A stretch of 64,000 bases of DNA. Source: Anaerolineae bacterium (lineage in GTDB: Bacteria; Chloroflexota; Anaerolineae; UBA1429). Positions 38,606 through 48,521 of the stretch are shown one piece after another. The notes under the pieces were generated by a model that saw nothing but the letters and a program-made list of their open reading frames with translations, made no database searches and was not told where the DNA came from. The stretch's first letter is position 1. Each line of letters opens with the position of its first letter. Made by a program: the position numbers and the translations under genes. The DNA is taken from the NCBI GenBank assembly GCA_963675785.1, contig OY776562.1, forward strand, positions 1-64,000, read 5' to 3'.

Positions 38606-39844
38606 ATGGATTCTGCCCGGTCTTTGGATGACGAGACGTCTGTGCTTGCGCGGCGTGTGCTGATGATTGCCCCGACCTCTTTTTTTGCTGATTCGGGCTG
38701 TCATGTTCGCATTCTCGAAGAGACTCGGACGCTTCAACGCTTGGGGTGCCAGGTGGCCATATGCACGTATCACACTGGCCGGGATGTGGATGGTCTGGAT
38801 ATTCGGCGGACGGGTCCTCTGTTTTTTCATAGCAAGTATGAAGTTGGCACGGCGCGCCACAAAGTTGCTTTTGATGCACTTTTATTCTTTCGTGCCTGGG
38901 CCGCCTGCCGCTCTTTTCGCCCCCAGGTGATCCATGCACACTTGCACGAAGGCGCTCTGATTGGGTTGGTGCTCTCTCGTCTATTGCGAATACCGCTAAT
39001 ATTTGATTTTCAGGGCAGCCTGACCAGCGAGATGGTGGATAATCACTTTTTGTCTCGCGATGGCCTGGCTTACGGGCCTCTTCGGCGGCTAGAGCGCTAT
39101 ATCGACCAGCATGTGCCACAAATCATCACCAGTTCAACCCATGCGGCAGAGCTGGTTTGTGGCGAGTTTGGCTGTGATCCCGAGCGGGTGATGAGTATTG
39201 TTGATTGCGTTGACCTGGACACCTTTTATCCTCGCCAGGATGAAGAGGAGCGCCATAGCCAACTGCAATCCTTGGGTATTCCTGAAGGTCGGCACATTAT
39301 CGTGTATCTGGGCAAGCTGGCAGAGTATCAGGGAACAAGGTTGTTGATCGAGGCAGTGCAAGAGTTGTGCCGAAGACGTGATGATCTGCACTTTGTTATT
39401 GCGGGGTATCCCTCGGTGGATGTTTACAAGGCCCTCGCCTTTGAGTTGAGCATCGCCGATCACTGTACTTTTACCGGGCGGGTAGACTATGAGCACGCAG
39501 CCGACATTCTCAAATTGGGCGATATCGCCGTATCTCCCAAAGTGTCAAAAACCGAAGGCGCCGGAAAACTGCTCAATTACATGGCCATGGGATTGCCCAC
39601 CATCGCTTTTGATAACGGTGTAAGCCGCGAATACCTGGGCGATTTAGGGGTTTACGCGCCGACTGGCGATGTCGCAGCGCTGGCAGAGCAGATCAGTCTT
39701 TTGATTGATGATGAGCCCCGACGGTGCGAATTGGCAGTTGCACTACGCCAACGGGCAAGCATGTTTTCGTGGGATGAGGCAGGACACAGAATACTAGAGC
39801 GCTATGGGGCAGCGGCAGAAATGAAAAACGGGCCGCGCAAATAG
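38606..39844 (+). CDS. GT4 glycosyltransferase
   Basis: IHAHLHEG, EGAGKLLNYMAMGLP. Confidence 0.88.
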   Translation: MDSARSLDDETSVLARRVLMIAPTSFFADSGCHVRILEETRTLQRLGCQVAICTYHTGRDVDGLDIRRTGPLFFHSKYEVGTARHKVAFDALLFFRAWAACRSFRPQVIHAHLHEGALIGLVLSRLLRIPLIFDFQGSLTSEMVDNHFLSRDGLAYGPLRRLERYIDQHVPQIITSSTHAAELVCGEFGCDPERVMSIVDCVDLDTFYPRQDEEERHSQLQSLGIPEGRHIIVYLGKLAEYQGTRLLIEAVQELCRRRDDLHFVIAGYPSVDVYKALAFELSIADHCTFTGRVDYEHAADILKLGDIAVSPKVSKTEGAGKLLNYMAMGLPTIAFDNGVSREYLGDLGVYAPTGDVAALAEQISLLIDDEPRRCELAVALRQRASMFSWDEAGHRILERYGAAAEMKNGPRK

Positions 39845-39856
39845 CACGGCCCGTTT
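39824..39856. terminator. Terminator between GT4 and the tRNA operon
   Basis: AAACGGGCCG/CGGCCCGTTT inverted repeat. Confidence 0.6.
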
Positions 39857-39863
39857 AATCCTG

Positions 39864-39937
39864 TGGAGGCGACGGTCGGACTCGAACCGACGATAAAGGT
39901 TTTGCAGACCTCTGCCTTGCCACTTGGCTACGTCGCC
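39864..39937 (-). tRNA. tRNA-Cys(GCA)
   Basis: GGCGACG acceptor stem, anticodon GCA, GGTTCGAGTCC T-arm, encoded CCA. Confidence 0.96.
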
Positions 39938-39984
39938 TCAGAAAAACACGGCTCCCGGATATTATCAATTGGGAACCGTGCTCA

Positions 39985-40059
39985 TGGAGCGGAAGACGAG
40001 ATTCGAACTCGCGACCCTCTCCTTGGCAAGGAGATGCTCTACCACTGAGCCACTTCCGC
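39985..40059 (-). tRNA. tRNA-Gly(GCC)
   Basis: GCGGAAG acceptor stem, anticodon GCC, GTTCGAAT T-loop, encoded CCA. Confidence 0.96.
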
Positions 40060-40064
40060 CCAGG

Positions 40065-40137
40065 TGCCGAAGCCCAGACTTGAACTGGGGACACCTTGAT
40101 TTTCAGTCAAGTGCTCTACCAACTGAGCTACCTCGGC
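40065..40137 (-). tRNA. tRNA-Phe(GAA)
   Basis: GCCGAGG acceptor stem, AGCTCAGTTGGTAGAGC D-arm, anticodon GAA; followed by CCT rather than CCA. Confidence 0.95.
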
Positions 40138-40258
40138 ACGAACCTTGGGTGCCTTTTATTCTATCGAAAACATAGAGCTTGTCAAACTCGCTGGCAGGCT
40201 TCCGGCAGCTTTGACAGTCTGATTTATGCAAGGGACAATACGTCCAGGGGGTAAATAC

Positions 40259-41179
40259 GTGAAGATATATGATAGTGTTGTCGAGACAATTGGGAATACG
40301 CCATTGGTTTATTTGTCTCACCTTCGCCAGGGCATTGGCGGGCGTGTTGCCGCCAAGCTCGAGTTTATGAACCCAATGTCGAGCGTCAAGGACCGAACGG
40401 CTGCAAATTTGATCGCGGATGCTGAGAAGCGTGGGCTCTTGTCTCCGGGGGCTTTGGTAGTTGAAGCGACTAGCGGTAATACGGGCATCGGTTTGGCTTG
40501 CGTCTGCGCTGCCAAGGGGTATCGTTTGGCCATCGTTATGCCCGATAATATGAGTCAAGAGCGCATCCAAATTCTAAAAGCGCTTGGAGCTCAGGTGGAA
40601 CTAACGCCGGCTTCCAGCGGCATCAAGGGCGCAGTAGCTCGCACTGATGAGATATTGAAGGCTAATCCGGGAAGTTTTGCCCCCCGGCAGTTTGAGAATC
40701 CTGCCAATCCTGATGCGCACCGCAAGACAACCGCACCAGAGATTCTGCGAGATACCGATGGTAGGGTAGATATCTTTATTGCTACATCTGGGACTGGAGG
40801 CACCTTCACCGGCGTTTCGGATGTTCTAAAGCGGCATAATCCCAATATTCGTTGCATCGTTGTCGAACCTGCCGAGTCTTCTGTTATTGCCGGGGGAGAA
40901 CCGCATCCACATGGCATCGCTGGCATTGGCCCAGGGTTTGTTCCCGACATCCTCTGCGTAGCCCTGGCCGACGAGATATTGCCAGTTAAGACAGAAGACG
41001 CGCGAGAGATGACGCGCCGCCTGGCTCGTGAGGAGGGTATCTTTGCCGGCATTTCCTCAGGGGCTGCTGCCTGGGCTGCATTGCATGTGGCTTCCAGGCC
41101 AGAGAATGTTGGCAAACTCATTGTGACGGTCTTGCCGGACGGCGGAGATCGCTATTTGAGCACAAATGTGTTTGCTTGA
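40259..41179 (+). CDS. cysK: Cysteine synthase A
   Basis: IGNTPLV, NPMSSVKDR, EATSGNTGIG, QFENPAN, GTGGT, GISSGA. Confidence 0.92.
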   Translation: MKIYDSVVETIGNTPLVYLSHLRQGIGGRVAAKLEFMNPMSSVKDRTAANLIADAEKRGLLSPGALVVEATSGNTGIGLACVCAAKGYRLAIVMPDNMSQERIQILKALGAQVELTPASSGIKGAVARTDEILKANPGSFAPRQFENPANPDAHRKTTAPEILRDTDGRVDIFIATSGTGGTFTGVSDVLKRHNPNIRCIVVEPAESSVIAGGEPHPHGIAGIGPGFVPDILCVALADEILPVKTEDAREMTRRLAREEGIFAGISSGAAAWAALHVASRPENVGKLIVTVLPDGGDRYLSTNVFA

Positions 41180-41256
41180 CAGAGGGGTGTAAGACGGCTA
41201 TTCTAATACCAGTAGGGGGTATTGGTATTGGTGAGAATTATTTGCGAGGTTGAGCG

Positions 41257-41802
41257 ATGCGATATAAATGGATAGCTGTTCTAGTGATTGTTTTGATTGT
41301 GGCGTTAGCAGTCATGGGCTGTAGCAGCGATACGCCCGAGGAGGCGGCTCTGGGGCTAATTGTAACAGATGACAGTAGTTCCAAGCCTGCTGAGGGTCAA
41401 GTAGCGCCTGACTTTCGCCTGGAGACTCTCGATGGCGAGGCTGTAGCGCTGAGTGACTTTCAGGGCAAGCCGGTTATGCTGAATTTTTGGGCTAGCTGGT
41501 GTGGTCCCTGTCAGCAGGAAATCCCTTATATGGTCGAAGCTTATGCTGATGCGGATGACCAGTTTGAGATTGTGGCTGTGAACATCCAAGAATCGACCAA
41601 TACAGTTAGAGACTTTGCGGATTCGGCAGAGATGACATTTTCTATACTTTTGGATGACAAAGCTTCTGTAGCGACTGGTTATTCTATTCGGGGTATCCCA
41701 ACAAGCATGTTCCTCGATAGCGATGGTGTGATCGTGGCTATTCATGAAGGCACACTGACAGAGGCGCAACTGCAATCTTATCTTGATATGATTATCGAGT
41801 GA
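41257..41802 (+). CDS. TlpA/ResA-like thioredoxin lipoprotein
   Basis: Lipobox AVMGC, APDF.L, NFWASWCGPC..EIP, GIPT. Confidence 0.92.
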   Translation: MRYKWIAVLVIVLIVALAVMGCSSDTPEEAALGLIVTDDSSSKPAEGQVAPDFRLETLDGEAVALSDFQGKPVMLNFWASWCGPCQQEIPYMVEAYADADDQFEIVAVNIQESTNTVRDFADSAEMTFSILLDDKASVATGYSIRGIPTSMFLDSDGVIVAIHEGTLTEAQLQSYLDMIIE

Positions 41803-41804
41803 AT

Positions 41805-42485
41805 ATGGGAACCCCTTTGCAGGATAAAGAGGCCGCCGGCCGCCTAGAGAAGCTGGCTCGGCTGGCCGTAAAAGTAGACCGCTTTGCCGGATATATGATG
41901 TTGTTTGTCAGCAAGCACTGGCTGGCCTTGGTTAACGTCGTCGTCGGTCTCTATGCATTGCTGCCGTTTATGTCTCCATTGTTCTATCATTATGGCTATG
42001 ACGGTGCTGGCAACGCACTGCAAGTGATTTACCGGCCATTCTGTCACCAATTGCCAGAACGCTCCTACTTTCTCTTCGGCGATCAGCTTGTCTACAGCAG
42101 TGCGGAACTCGATGCCTTGGCTGGTTCGGAGGGGCTAGGCCGACAGTTTGTAGGCAACGAAATCATGGGGTTCAAAGTAGCCTATTGTGAGCGCGATGTG
42201 GCTATTTATACCACCATGTTCATTGCTGGCCTGATATTCGGTTTTGTGCGAAGCAAATTGCATCCTATCACGCTCAAAGTGCTCGTTGCCCTATCTATTC
42301 CAATGGCTTTGGATGGTTTTGGGCAACTATTGGGTTTTTGGGGCAGCACCTGGTTCAGCCGCAGTGTAACCGGGTTGCTCTTTGGATTGGGTGTTGTATT
42401 GTTGGTTTATCCCTATGCAGAAGAAGGCATGGCTGACGCCTACAAACAGGCTGTGCGCATGGTGAACTCGGAGCAACAGACATGA
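41805..42485 (+). CDS. DUF2085-like membrane protein
   Basis: CHQLPERSY and CERD.AIY motifs, PMALDG, TG.LFG. Confidence 0.75.
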   Translation: MGTPLQDKEAAGRLEKLARLAVKVDRFAGYMMLFVSKHWLALVNVVVGLYALLPFMSPLFYHYGYDGAGNALQVIYRPFCHQLPERSYFLFGDQLVYSSAELDALAGSEGLGRQFVGNEIMGFKVAYCERDVAIYTTMFIAGLIFGFVRSKLHPITLKVLVALSIPMALDGFGQLLGFWGSTWFSRSVTGLLFGLGVVLLVYPYAEEGMADAYKQAVRMVNSEQQT

Positions 42486-43186
42486 ATCTGGTGGATATCT
42501 GGGTATCTCTGGGGGCGGGTTTCTTGTCCTTTTTCACCCCCTGTGTGTTACCTATGGTACCGGCCTATATTCTGTATATGACGGGTACAGCTGCTGGACG
42601 CAGAGAAGATGTGTCGCGCTGGTACACCATTTTACATGCTGTGTTTTTTGCGATTGGGTTTGGCCTCATTTTTGTTCTCCTCGGAGCTGCTGCGGGTTTG
42701 TTGGGTTCGTTGGTTTCCCAAATCCTCCCCTACATTATTCGTATTGGTGGCGTGCTTCTCATTCTGTTTGGTTTGCAGATGACCGGGCTCATCGGTATCC
42801 CCCTGCTGTTCATGGAAAAACATTTAGATCCTACGCTGGGAGATCGACCTTCTTACGGACGCTCTTTTCTAGTGGGGATTATCTTTGCGGCGGGGTGGAC
42901 ACCCTGCTATGGCCCGATTCTGGCTAACATTTTGCTTCTTGCGGCGGATACGCAGACTGTGTTGCGAGGCGCTTTTTTACTGGCCATCTATTCAACCGGT
43001 GTGGGCCTTCCCTTTATTTTGGTTGCAGCTTTTTCGGAATTAGCCTTGCCGCTGTTGAAAAAGATTGGCAAACACATACGCGTCATATCAATTATTGGCG
43101 GTGTGCTGCTTATCATCATGGGCATCTTGTTCGTAACCAACCGATATACTGCAGTAACGTTTTGGTTGAATGCTCTACTAGCTTAG
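42482..43186 (+). CDS. ccdA: CcdA / DsbD-beta transmembrane electron transporter
   Basis: SFFTPCVLP and GWTPC.GP. Confidence 0.92.
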   Translation: MNLVDIWVSLGAGFLSFFTPCVLPMVPAYILYMTGTAAGRREDVSRWYTILHAVFFAIGFGLIFVLLGAAAGLLGSLVSQILPYIIRIGGVLLILFGLQMTGLIGIPLLFMEKHLDPTLGDRPSYGRSFLVGIIFAAGWTPCYGPILANILLLAADTQTVLRGAFLLAIYSTGVGLPFILVAAFSELALPLLKKIGKHIRVISIIGGVLLIIMGILFVTNRYTAVTFWLNALLA

Positions 43187-43236
43187 CACGCCTTTGATTT
43201 GGCGCGTCTCTTTAATCGGCGTATACTGCAATCATT

Positions 43237-43310
43237 CGGGGCGTAGCGCAGTCCGGTAGCGCGCACGGTTCGGGTCCGTGAGGTCGGAGGTTCAAGTCCT
43301 CTCGCCCCGA
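43237..43310 (+). tRNA. tRNA-Pro(CGG)
   Basis: CGGGGCG acceptor stem, anticodon CGG, GGTTCAAGTCC; CCA not encoded. Confidence 0.96.
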
Positions 43311-43313
43311 CTC

Positions 43314-43349
43314 GGGGGTCGTGGATCAATTGATCCGCGGCCCCTTTTT
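43314..43349 (+). terminator. Terminator after tRNA-Pro
   Basis: GGGGGTCGTGGATC/GATCCGCGGCCCCT followed by TTTT. Confidence 0.75.
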
Positions 43350-43413
43350 GTGGATTCTACTTTTGAAGGCTCCTGGCTGCTGGTATAATCGGCATATTGG
43401 ATAGGAGTAGCCC

Positions 43414-44739
43414 ATGGCTGCCATCGAACTAGAAGATGTCGTCAAGTCTTTCTCTATGCGCTCTGGTGGGGCGGGCTCTTTTCAGGATATCTTTGTCGAC
43501 CTGTTTCGCGGTCGCAAATGGCGTAAAGAGCATCAGCGCGATTTTGATGCGCTAAAGGGCGTCAGTTTTGCCATTGAGTATGGTGAGATGGTTGGTGTGA
43601 TCGGTTCGAATGGTTCTGGCAAGAGCACTTGCCTCAAGCTGGTTAGCCGCATTATCGAGCCTACCTCGGGCGCCATTCGCGTCAATGGCCGTGTGGCCGC
43701 TCTGTTGGAACTGGGTGCAGGGTTTCATCCAGAACTATCGGGGCGAGAGAATGTTTTTCTATACGGCTCGGTGTTGGGCATCAAGCGTAGCGAGATGGCC
43801 AAGCGGTTCGATAGCATCGTCCAGTTTGCTGAACTGGAGCGCTTTATCGATGTCCCTGTCAAGTTCTACTCCTCTGGTATGTATATACGCCTCGCCTTTG
43901 CCACGGCCATCAATGTGGATGCTGAGATACTGTTGGTTGATGAGGTTTTGGCCGTTGGCGACCAACGCTTTCAGAACAAGTGTTTAGAGCGCATCAGCGA
44001 GCTCAAGCGGGCTGGTGTGACTATTATGTTCGTCACCCACAATCTGGCCGATGTACGTACCATGTGCGACCGCGCTATCTGGTTGGACCAAGGTCTTTTG
44101 GTAGATGACGGTCCAGCGGAGAGTGTCATCAGCGCGTATCTTGAGCATGTCTACCAGATGGAAGAGGCTGCCGATCTAGAGATTCGCGATGCACTGGCTG
44201 CCGATAGCCATCTGGGCGCTACTGCCGCCTTTGACGATGGCCTGGAAACCGAGGCGAACGACCGTCTTGCAGGCCGAGGCCGAGGACGTTGGGGTTCGGG
44301 CGAAGCTGAAATCACGGACGTGCGCTTTATGGATGCTAAAGGTGAAGATCGCCTATTGCTGACCAGCGGTGAGCCTGCTTCGATTTTGTTTCATTATCAC
44401 GCTCATGAACCCATCGCCGATCCCATGTTTGGCTTTGCCATCTATCGTAGTGATGGCACTCACATCGCCGGCCCCAATTCGGTATTTGCTGGCATGGAGA
44501 TTGCGCAAATAGAAGGGCATGGCATAGTGCGCTATGAGATGGAATCTTTGCCGCTGTTGCCTGGCACCTATTATTTGACGGTGTCACTGTGTGATCACAG
44601 CGGCGTACACACTTATGATTATCGCGATTACTGGTATCGTTTTCGCGTCATGGCTCAACAAGGGCGAGATCATTATGGTTTGGTTTACATTCCCGCCAGC
44701 TGGTCTCACGCGGTTGATAGCAGTGAGGAGCAAGCATGA
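43414..44739 (+). CDS. wzt: Polysaccharide ABC exporter ATPase with C-terminal Wzt_C carbohydrate-binding domain
   Basis: GSNGSGKST, LELGAGFHPELSGREN, YSSGM..RLAF, DEVLAVGD; C-terminal RWGSGEAEI...LLPGTY. Confidence 0.93.
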   Translation: MAAIELEDVVKSFSMRSGGAGSFQDIFVDLFRGRKWRKEHQRDFDALKGVSFAIEYGEMVGVIGSNGSGKSTCLKLVSRIIEPTSGAIRVNGRVAALLELGAGFHPELSGRENVFLYGSVLGIKRSEMAKRFDSIVQFAELERFIDVPVKFYSSGMYIRLAFATAINVDAEILLVDEVLAVGDQRFQNKCLERISELKRAGVTIMFVTHNLADVRTMCDRAIWLDQGLLVDDGPAESVISAYLEHVYQMEEAADLEIRDALAADSHLGATAAFDDGLETEANDRLAGRGRGRWGSGEAEITDVRFMDAKGEDRLLLTSGEPASILFHYHAHEPIADPMFGFAIYRSDGTHIAGPNSVFAGMEIAQIEGHGIVRYEMESLPLLPGTYYLTVSLCDHSGVHTYDYRDYWYRFRVMAQQGRDHYGLVYIPASWSHAVDSSEEQA

Positions 44740-45563
44740 TAAGCAGACTACGCGAGCTCTGGAGCTATCGCGAACTCGTTTGGACACTGGTCGTCCGTGA
44801 TCTCAAAGTGCGTTACAAGAACTCGATGCTGGGCTTTCTCTGGTCGTTGCTGAATCCACTGCTGTTGATGCTGGTGTTCACGGTGGTGTTTACTGTCATG
44901 CTTCCCAGCCTGGAGACGCCACGATTCCCCGTATTTGTGCTAAGCGCATTGTTGCCCTGGAACTTTTTCAGCTCTTCGGTGCTTTCGGGGGTCAACGCCA
45001 TTACGGGCAATGGCCATTTGATCAAAAAGGTCTACTTTCCGCGCGAGATCCTGGTTATTTCCAGTGTACTGGCCAATCTCGTTAACCTGCTGTTGGCCCT
45101 GCCGGTTCTCTTTGTGCTCATGGCCGTGATGGGTGTTCCTTTTACCCCCGTGCTTCTCTATCTGCCTGTGATCATGTTTGTGCAGCTCATCTTTACCATT
45201 GGTATTGTTCTTATCCTTTCGACCACAAACGTATTCTATCGCGACGTCAGTGTCATTATGGAAGTGGTTATGCAGGCCTGGTTCTTTCTGACCCCGGTCT
45301 TCTATTCGGTCGACCTGTTGCCCGAGATAGCTACCATAGGAACACTGGTGTTGCCCATTCGGCGCTTGCTTTATATCCTTAATCCAATGGCATCTATCGT
45401 CGCTTCTTATCGTTCGGTGTTGTATGGCTTTACTAACGGCAGCCCCCCTGCTGCACCAGCCTGGGACTTTTTCTCGCGTACTGCAGTCACGGCGGTGGTT
45501 GTGTTGGTAGTGGGCTATTGGTACTTTACGAAAAAGAGCCATCGCTTTGGCGAAGAGGTTTAG
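44736..45563 (+). CDS. wzm: Polysaccharide ABC exporter permease
   Basis: RDLKVRYKNS.LG..WSLLNP, LIKKVYFPRE, YRD, TPVFY, NPM. Confidence 0.93.
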   Translation: MISRLRELWSYRELVWTLVVRDLKVRYKNSMLGFLWSLLNPLLLMLVFTVVFTVMLPSLETPRFPVFVLSALLPWNFFSSSVLSGVNAITGNGHLIKKVYFPREILVISSVLANLVNLLLALPVLFVLMAVMGVPFTPVLLYLPVIMFVQLIFTIGIVLILSTTNVFYRDVSVIMEVVMQAWFFLTPVFYSVDLLPEIATIGTLVLPIRRLLYILNPMASIVASYRSVLYGFTNGSPPAAPAWDFFSRTAVTAVVVLVVGYWYFTKKSHRFGEEV

Positions 45564-45566
45564 GCC

Positions 45567-47117
45567 GTGGTTGACGCTGCATCCCCACCTGCCCTGAGCA
45601 TCATTATTCCGACCCTGAATGCTGGGCCGGATTTTGCGCATACGCTTGAGGCGATACAGTCGCAAGATATCGACCTTCCCTTTGAGATTGTGATTATCGA
45701 TTCAGGTTCTACCGATGGGACACTTTCTCTGGCGACTGAGGCCGGCACCAGGGTCATCGAGATAGACAGCGATACTTTTCACCACGCACGCACGCGCAAT
45801 ATGGCTGCTGCGACCTGCAGCGGCCGCTATCTGGTATTCCTGGTGCAGGATGCCATCCCCGCCAACGAACACTGGCTTGCCGCTTTGGTTGAGGCCCTTG
45901 ATGCTGTGCGTGTGGTGGGTGCCTACTCGGCGCAGTTTGCCCATGATGAGGCTTCGCCACTGGCTCGGCGCTTGACCGAGACGTTTCAGGATTCTCTAGC
46001 CAACCTGCCGCCACAGCAGCTTGATGAACGAAGTTTGGGCGAACTTGGCGAGGCTGAGCGTCTGGCCTTGTGTCGCTTTGACAATGTTAGCAGTATCATG
46101 CTGCGTGATATTTGGCAGTCTCATCCTTTCCCGGAAGTCGAATACGCCGAGGATGTGGCCTGGGCAAAAAAAGTGCTCGAAGCTGGCTATGTTGTGCGAC
46201 GTGCGCCCAATTCAGTGGTGTATCATTCACATGAACGCTCGGCTAATTATGTGATGCGGCGCGAATATGTGCAGGCACGTACGCTCGGTGATATGTTGGG
46301 TTACAAAGGATTAGGTATTGAGCGCGACCAGGTTATTCAGTTGCTGCGATTTGGCAGCCTTGCATCTGGCTCGCAAAAGCTGCGACAGGCTATTGTCGCA
46401 AGTCTTTTGCCGGGAACTGGCGATACTCGGCCGGCGTTGCGTTATATTGAGAGACTTTTCATGTCGGACGCTCCTCAGCGTTTGTTGGGGGCAGATTCGC
46501 CTATTCCTCTGGAGACACAACAGTGGTTGGCCCATGAGGCCACCGAGGATTGGATATGGCGCGATTTGCGGTTGCGTTTAGCCGATGGTTCAGGTTCGCG
46601 CTTGTTGCGCTGTACTCAAAAGGCAGCCAGAGTGTGGCATGAAAAAGGTTCAAGTGCTGCATTTGATGCCCTGTTTGGCGAATCGTGGTTATTTGAGAGG
46701 GCTTCGTACCGTGATATGCGTCTACTGATTGGCGCTTGGGTGCGCCGCCGCTCTATCTCTGCTCATCTACTGCAAGATATCATTGACGGCCGTAACGTGG
46801 TTTCTGTATCTGGTGGCATTCGTTCTGCTTTTTTGAGGCGAATTGTTTGGCACTGGCTCAATGAATACCCTCAAGTTCTCAAAGGTGCTATGGTCGATGT
46901 GAGCACACAAGCGATGCCCTTGGCCGTCTATGAGAGCTGGCGCATGGCCTATTGGCTATGGGATGGTCTTGAACTCCATGATACGGCAATAGCTGAAGAA
47001 GTGGTCAATCATGCAGTGGCTGCTACAGCTGGTCGGTTGTTGGGCGAGGCCGCGCGTAAGGGTGGTGATCCTTTGGTGCGCCAGGTGCTAGACGAACAAT
47101 TGGCAAGGGGCGTTTGA
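45567..47117 (+). CDS. GT2 glycosyltransferase (rhamnosyltransferase-like N-domain plus uncharacterised C-terminal half)
   Basis: IIPTLN, IDSGSTDGT, FHHARTRN, QDAIP, AEDVAW, HSH. Confidence 0.85.
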   Translation: MVDAASPPALSIIIPTLNAGPDFAHTLEAIQSQDIDLPFEIVIIDSGSTDGTLSLATEAGTRVIEIDSDTFHHARTRNMAAATCSGRYLVFLVQDAIPANEHWLAALVEALDAVRVVGAYSAQFAHDEASPLARRLTETFQDSLANLPPQQLDERSLGELGEAERLALCRFDNVSSIMLRDIWQSHPFPEVEYAEDVAWAKKVLEAGYVVRRAPNSVVYHSHERSANYVMRREYVQARTLGDMLGYKGLGIERDQVIQLLRFGSLASGSQKLRQAIVASLLPGTGDTRPALRYIERLFMSDAPQRLLGADSPIPLETQQWLAHEATEDWIWRDLRLRLADGSGSRLLRCTQKAARVWHEKGSSAAFDALFGESWLFERASYRDMRLLIGAWVRRRSISAHLLQDIIDGRNVVSVSGGIRSAFLRRIVWHWLNEYPQVLKGAMVDVSTQAMPLAVYESWRMAYWLWDGLELHDTAIAEEVVNHAVAATAGRLLGEAARKGGDPLVRQVLDEQLARGV

Positions 47118-48517
47118 TGAACGAGAGACAAGCCTGCACTAGTACGATCTCGGTGATTATGCTGAATCACAACGGGATGCGGCTGCAGGGTACCATCCAG
47201 CGCTGTGTTCTCTCGTTGCGCCAGCAATCGGCAGAGGCTGAGATTGTGCTGGTTGACGATAGTTCGACCGATGATAGCCCCGCGCTGCTTCAGTCCCTTG
47301 CCCAAGAGTATAATGCTCTGTATGTTTCTACCCTGGGCGGTGGCACAGGGGTGGGTGCCGCTCGCAACGCCGGTATTCACGCCGCCTCTGGCGATCTGTT
47401 GGCTTTTATAGATAACGACGCTGTGCCTTGCGCGGGTTGGCTTGAGGCCGTTCAGGCTTGCATGATTCAGCATCCGCAGGCCGGAGCTTGTGCTTCCAAG
47501 GTGCTCTTTATGGATCGCCCCGAGATGGTGAACTCGATGGGTTCACTCCTCAATCTACAATTTCAGGGTACCAACGCTGGTCTCAATCAGATGGAGGCTT
47601 TTTGTGCCGAACCGGCCGAGGTGATGTATCCCACGGGATGCGGCATGGTGCTGAGGAGGGCGGCTCTCGATGAGGTTGGGCTCTTTGACGAGGGCTTTAT
47701 AAACTGGGGCGCCGATGACGCCGATATGGGCCTGCGTCTGCGCCGTGCCGGCTGGGATATCGTGTTGGCCTCAGAAGCGCGTATCCATCATATTCACAAT
47801 GCTAGCCACGTACGCTTTTGGGATACACGAAATCGCATCCGTATGGCGCTAAAGTACTTGTATTGGCTGGAACTGCCCTGGTTCATGCTGCGTGATCTGC
47901 GCTATAACGTCTCGCTGCACACGCTGTTTGAGCACATTCGCGCCTGGTTCTCTTGCATCTTCCGTTTCAAGGGATTGGGTGGATTGCTCTCTTATCGTTG
48001 GGCCAACAGAAAGCGGGGCTTGTTTCGCCGTGAGTTTGCGCGATTCTTGTTCTCGGGGCAACGTCTTTCCATGGTACCGGACAACCGCTCTTTTGGTGCG
48101 AACACTGCTCCCCTGACAACTTTTGCTGTGGGTCAGGGCGAGGAGAACCTCCTGTACCACGGTTGGTATTGGGTCGAAAAATACCTCGGCCGCCAGACGC
48201 GCTTTGCTATCGAGGATGCTTCACTGCGTGGTAGCCTGCGCGAGCCAGTGGAAGGCCTGGCCTTTGAGCTGGTCTCTCCGCGCAACGCTGCTCAACAGCA
48301 GATGACGGTGCTGATTCGCCATGTGGGGCAAGAGGGCTTCTGTATTCGTGAGACCTTTGTTGTTGACCCTCTGCCGCGCTGGTACCATGTATCTGGCCAT
48401 CTTGAACTGGGCGATTACGAGATTATTCTCAAGAGCGCGGTAGCAGTATATGGCCACGAGCCCTTCCCGCGGCGCTATGGCGTGGGCCTGCTGGGTTTGC
48501 GGCTTGGAAGCGAATAG
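47114..48517 (+). CDS. GT2 glycosyltransferase with C-terminal beta-rich domain
   Basis: VDDSSTD, ARNAG, IDND, GLFDEGF..DDAD.GLR. Confidence 0.85.
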   Translation: MMNERQACTSTISVIMLNHNGMRLQGTIQRCVLSLRQQSAEAEIVLVDDSSTDDSPALLQSLAQEYNALYVSTLGGGTGVGAARNAGIHAASGDLLAFIDNDAVPCAGWLEAVQACMIQHPQAGACASKVLFMDRPEMVNSMGSLLNLQFQGTNAGLNQMEAFCAEPAEVMYPTGCGMVLRRAALDEVGLFDEGFINWGADDADMGLRLRRAGWDIVLASEARIHHIHNASHVRFWDTRNRIRMALKYLYWLELPWFMLRDLRYNVSLHTLFEHIRAWFSCIFRFKGLGGLLSYRWANRKRGLFRREFARFLFSGQRLSMVPDNRSFGANTAPLTTFAVGQGEENLLYHGWYWVEKYLGRQTRFAIEDASLRGSLREPVEGLAFELVSPRNAAQQQMTVLIRHVGQEGFCIRETFVVDPLPRWYHVSGHLELGDYEIILKSAVAVYGHEPFPRRYGVGLLGLRLGSE

Positions 48518-48521
48518 CACC

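Noticed and set aside
39855-40175. Short ORFs over the tRNA cluster
   Set aside because: Fully explained by tRNA-Phe/Gly/Cys
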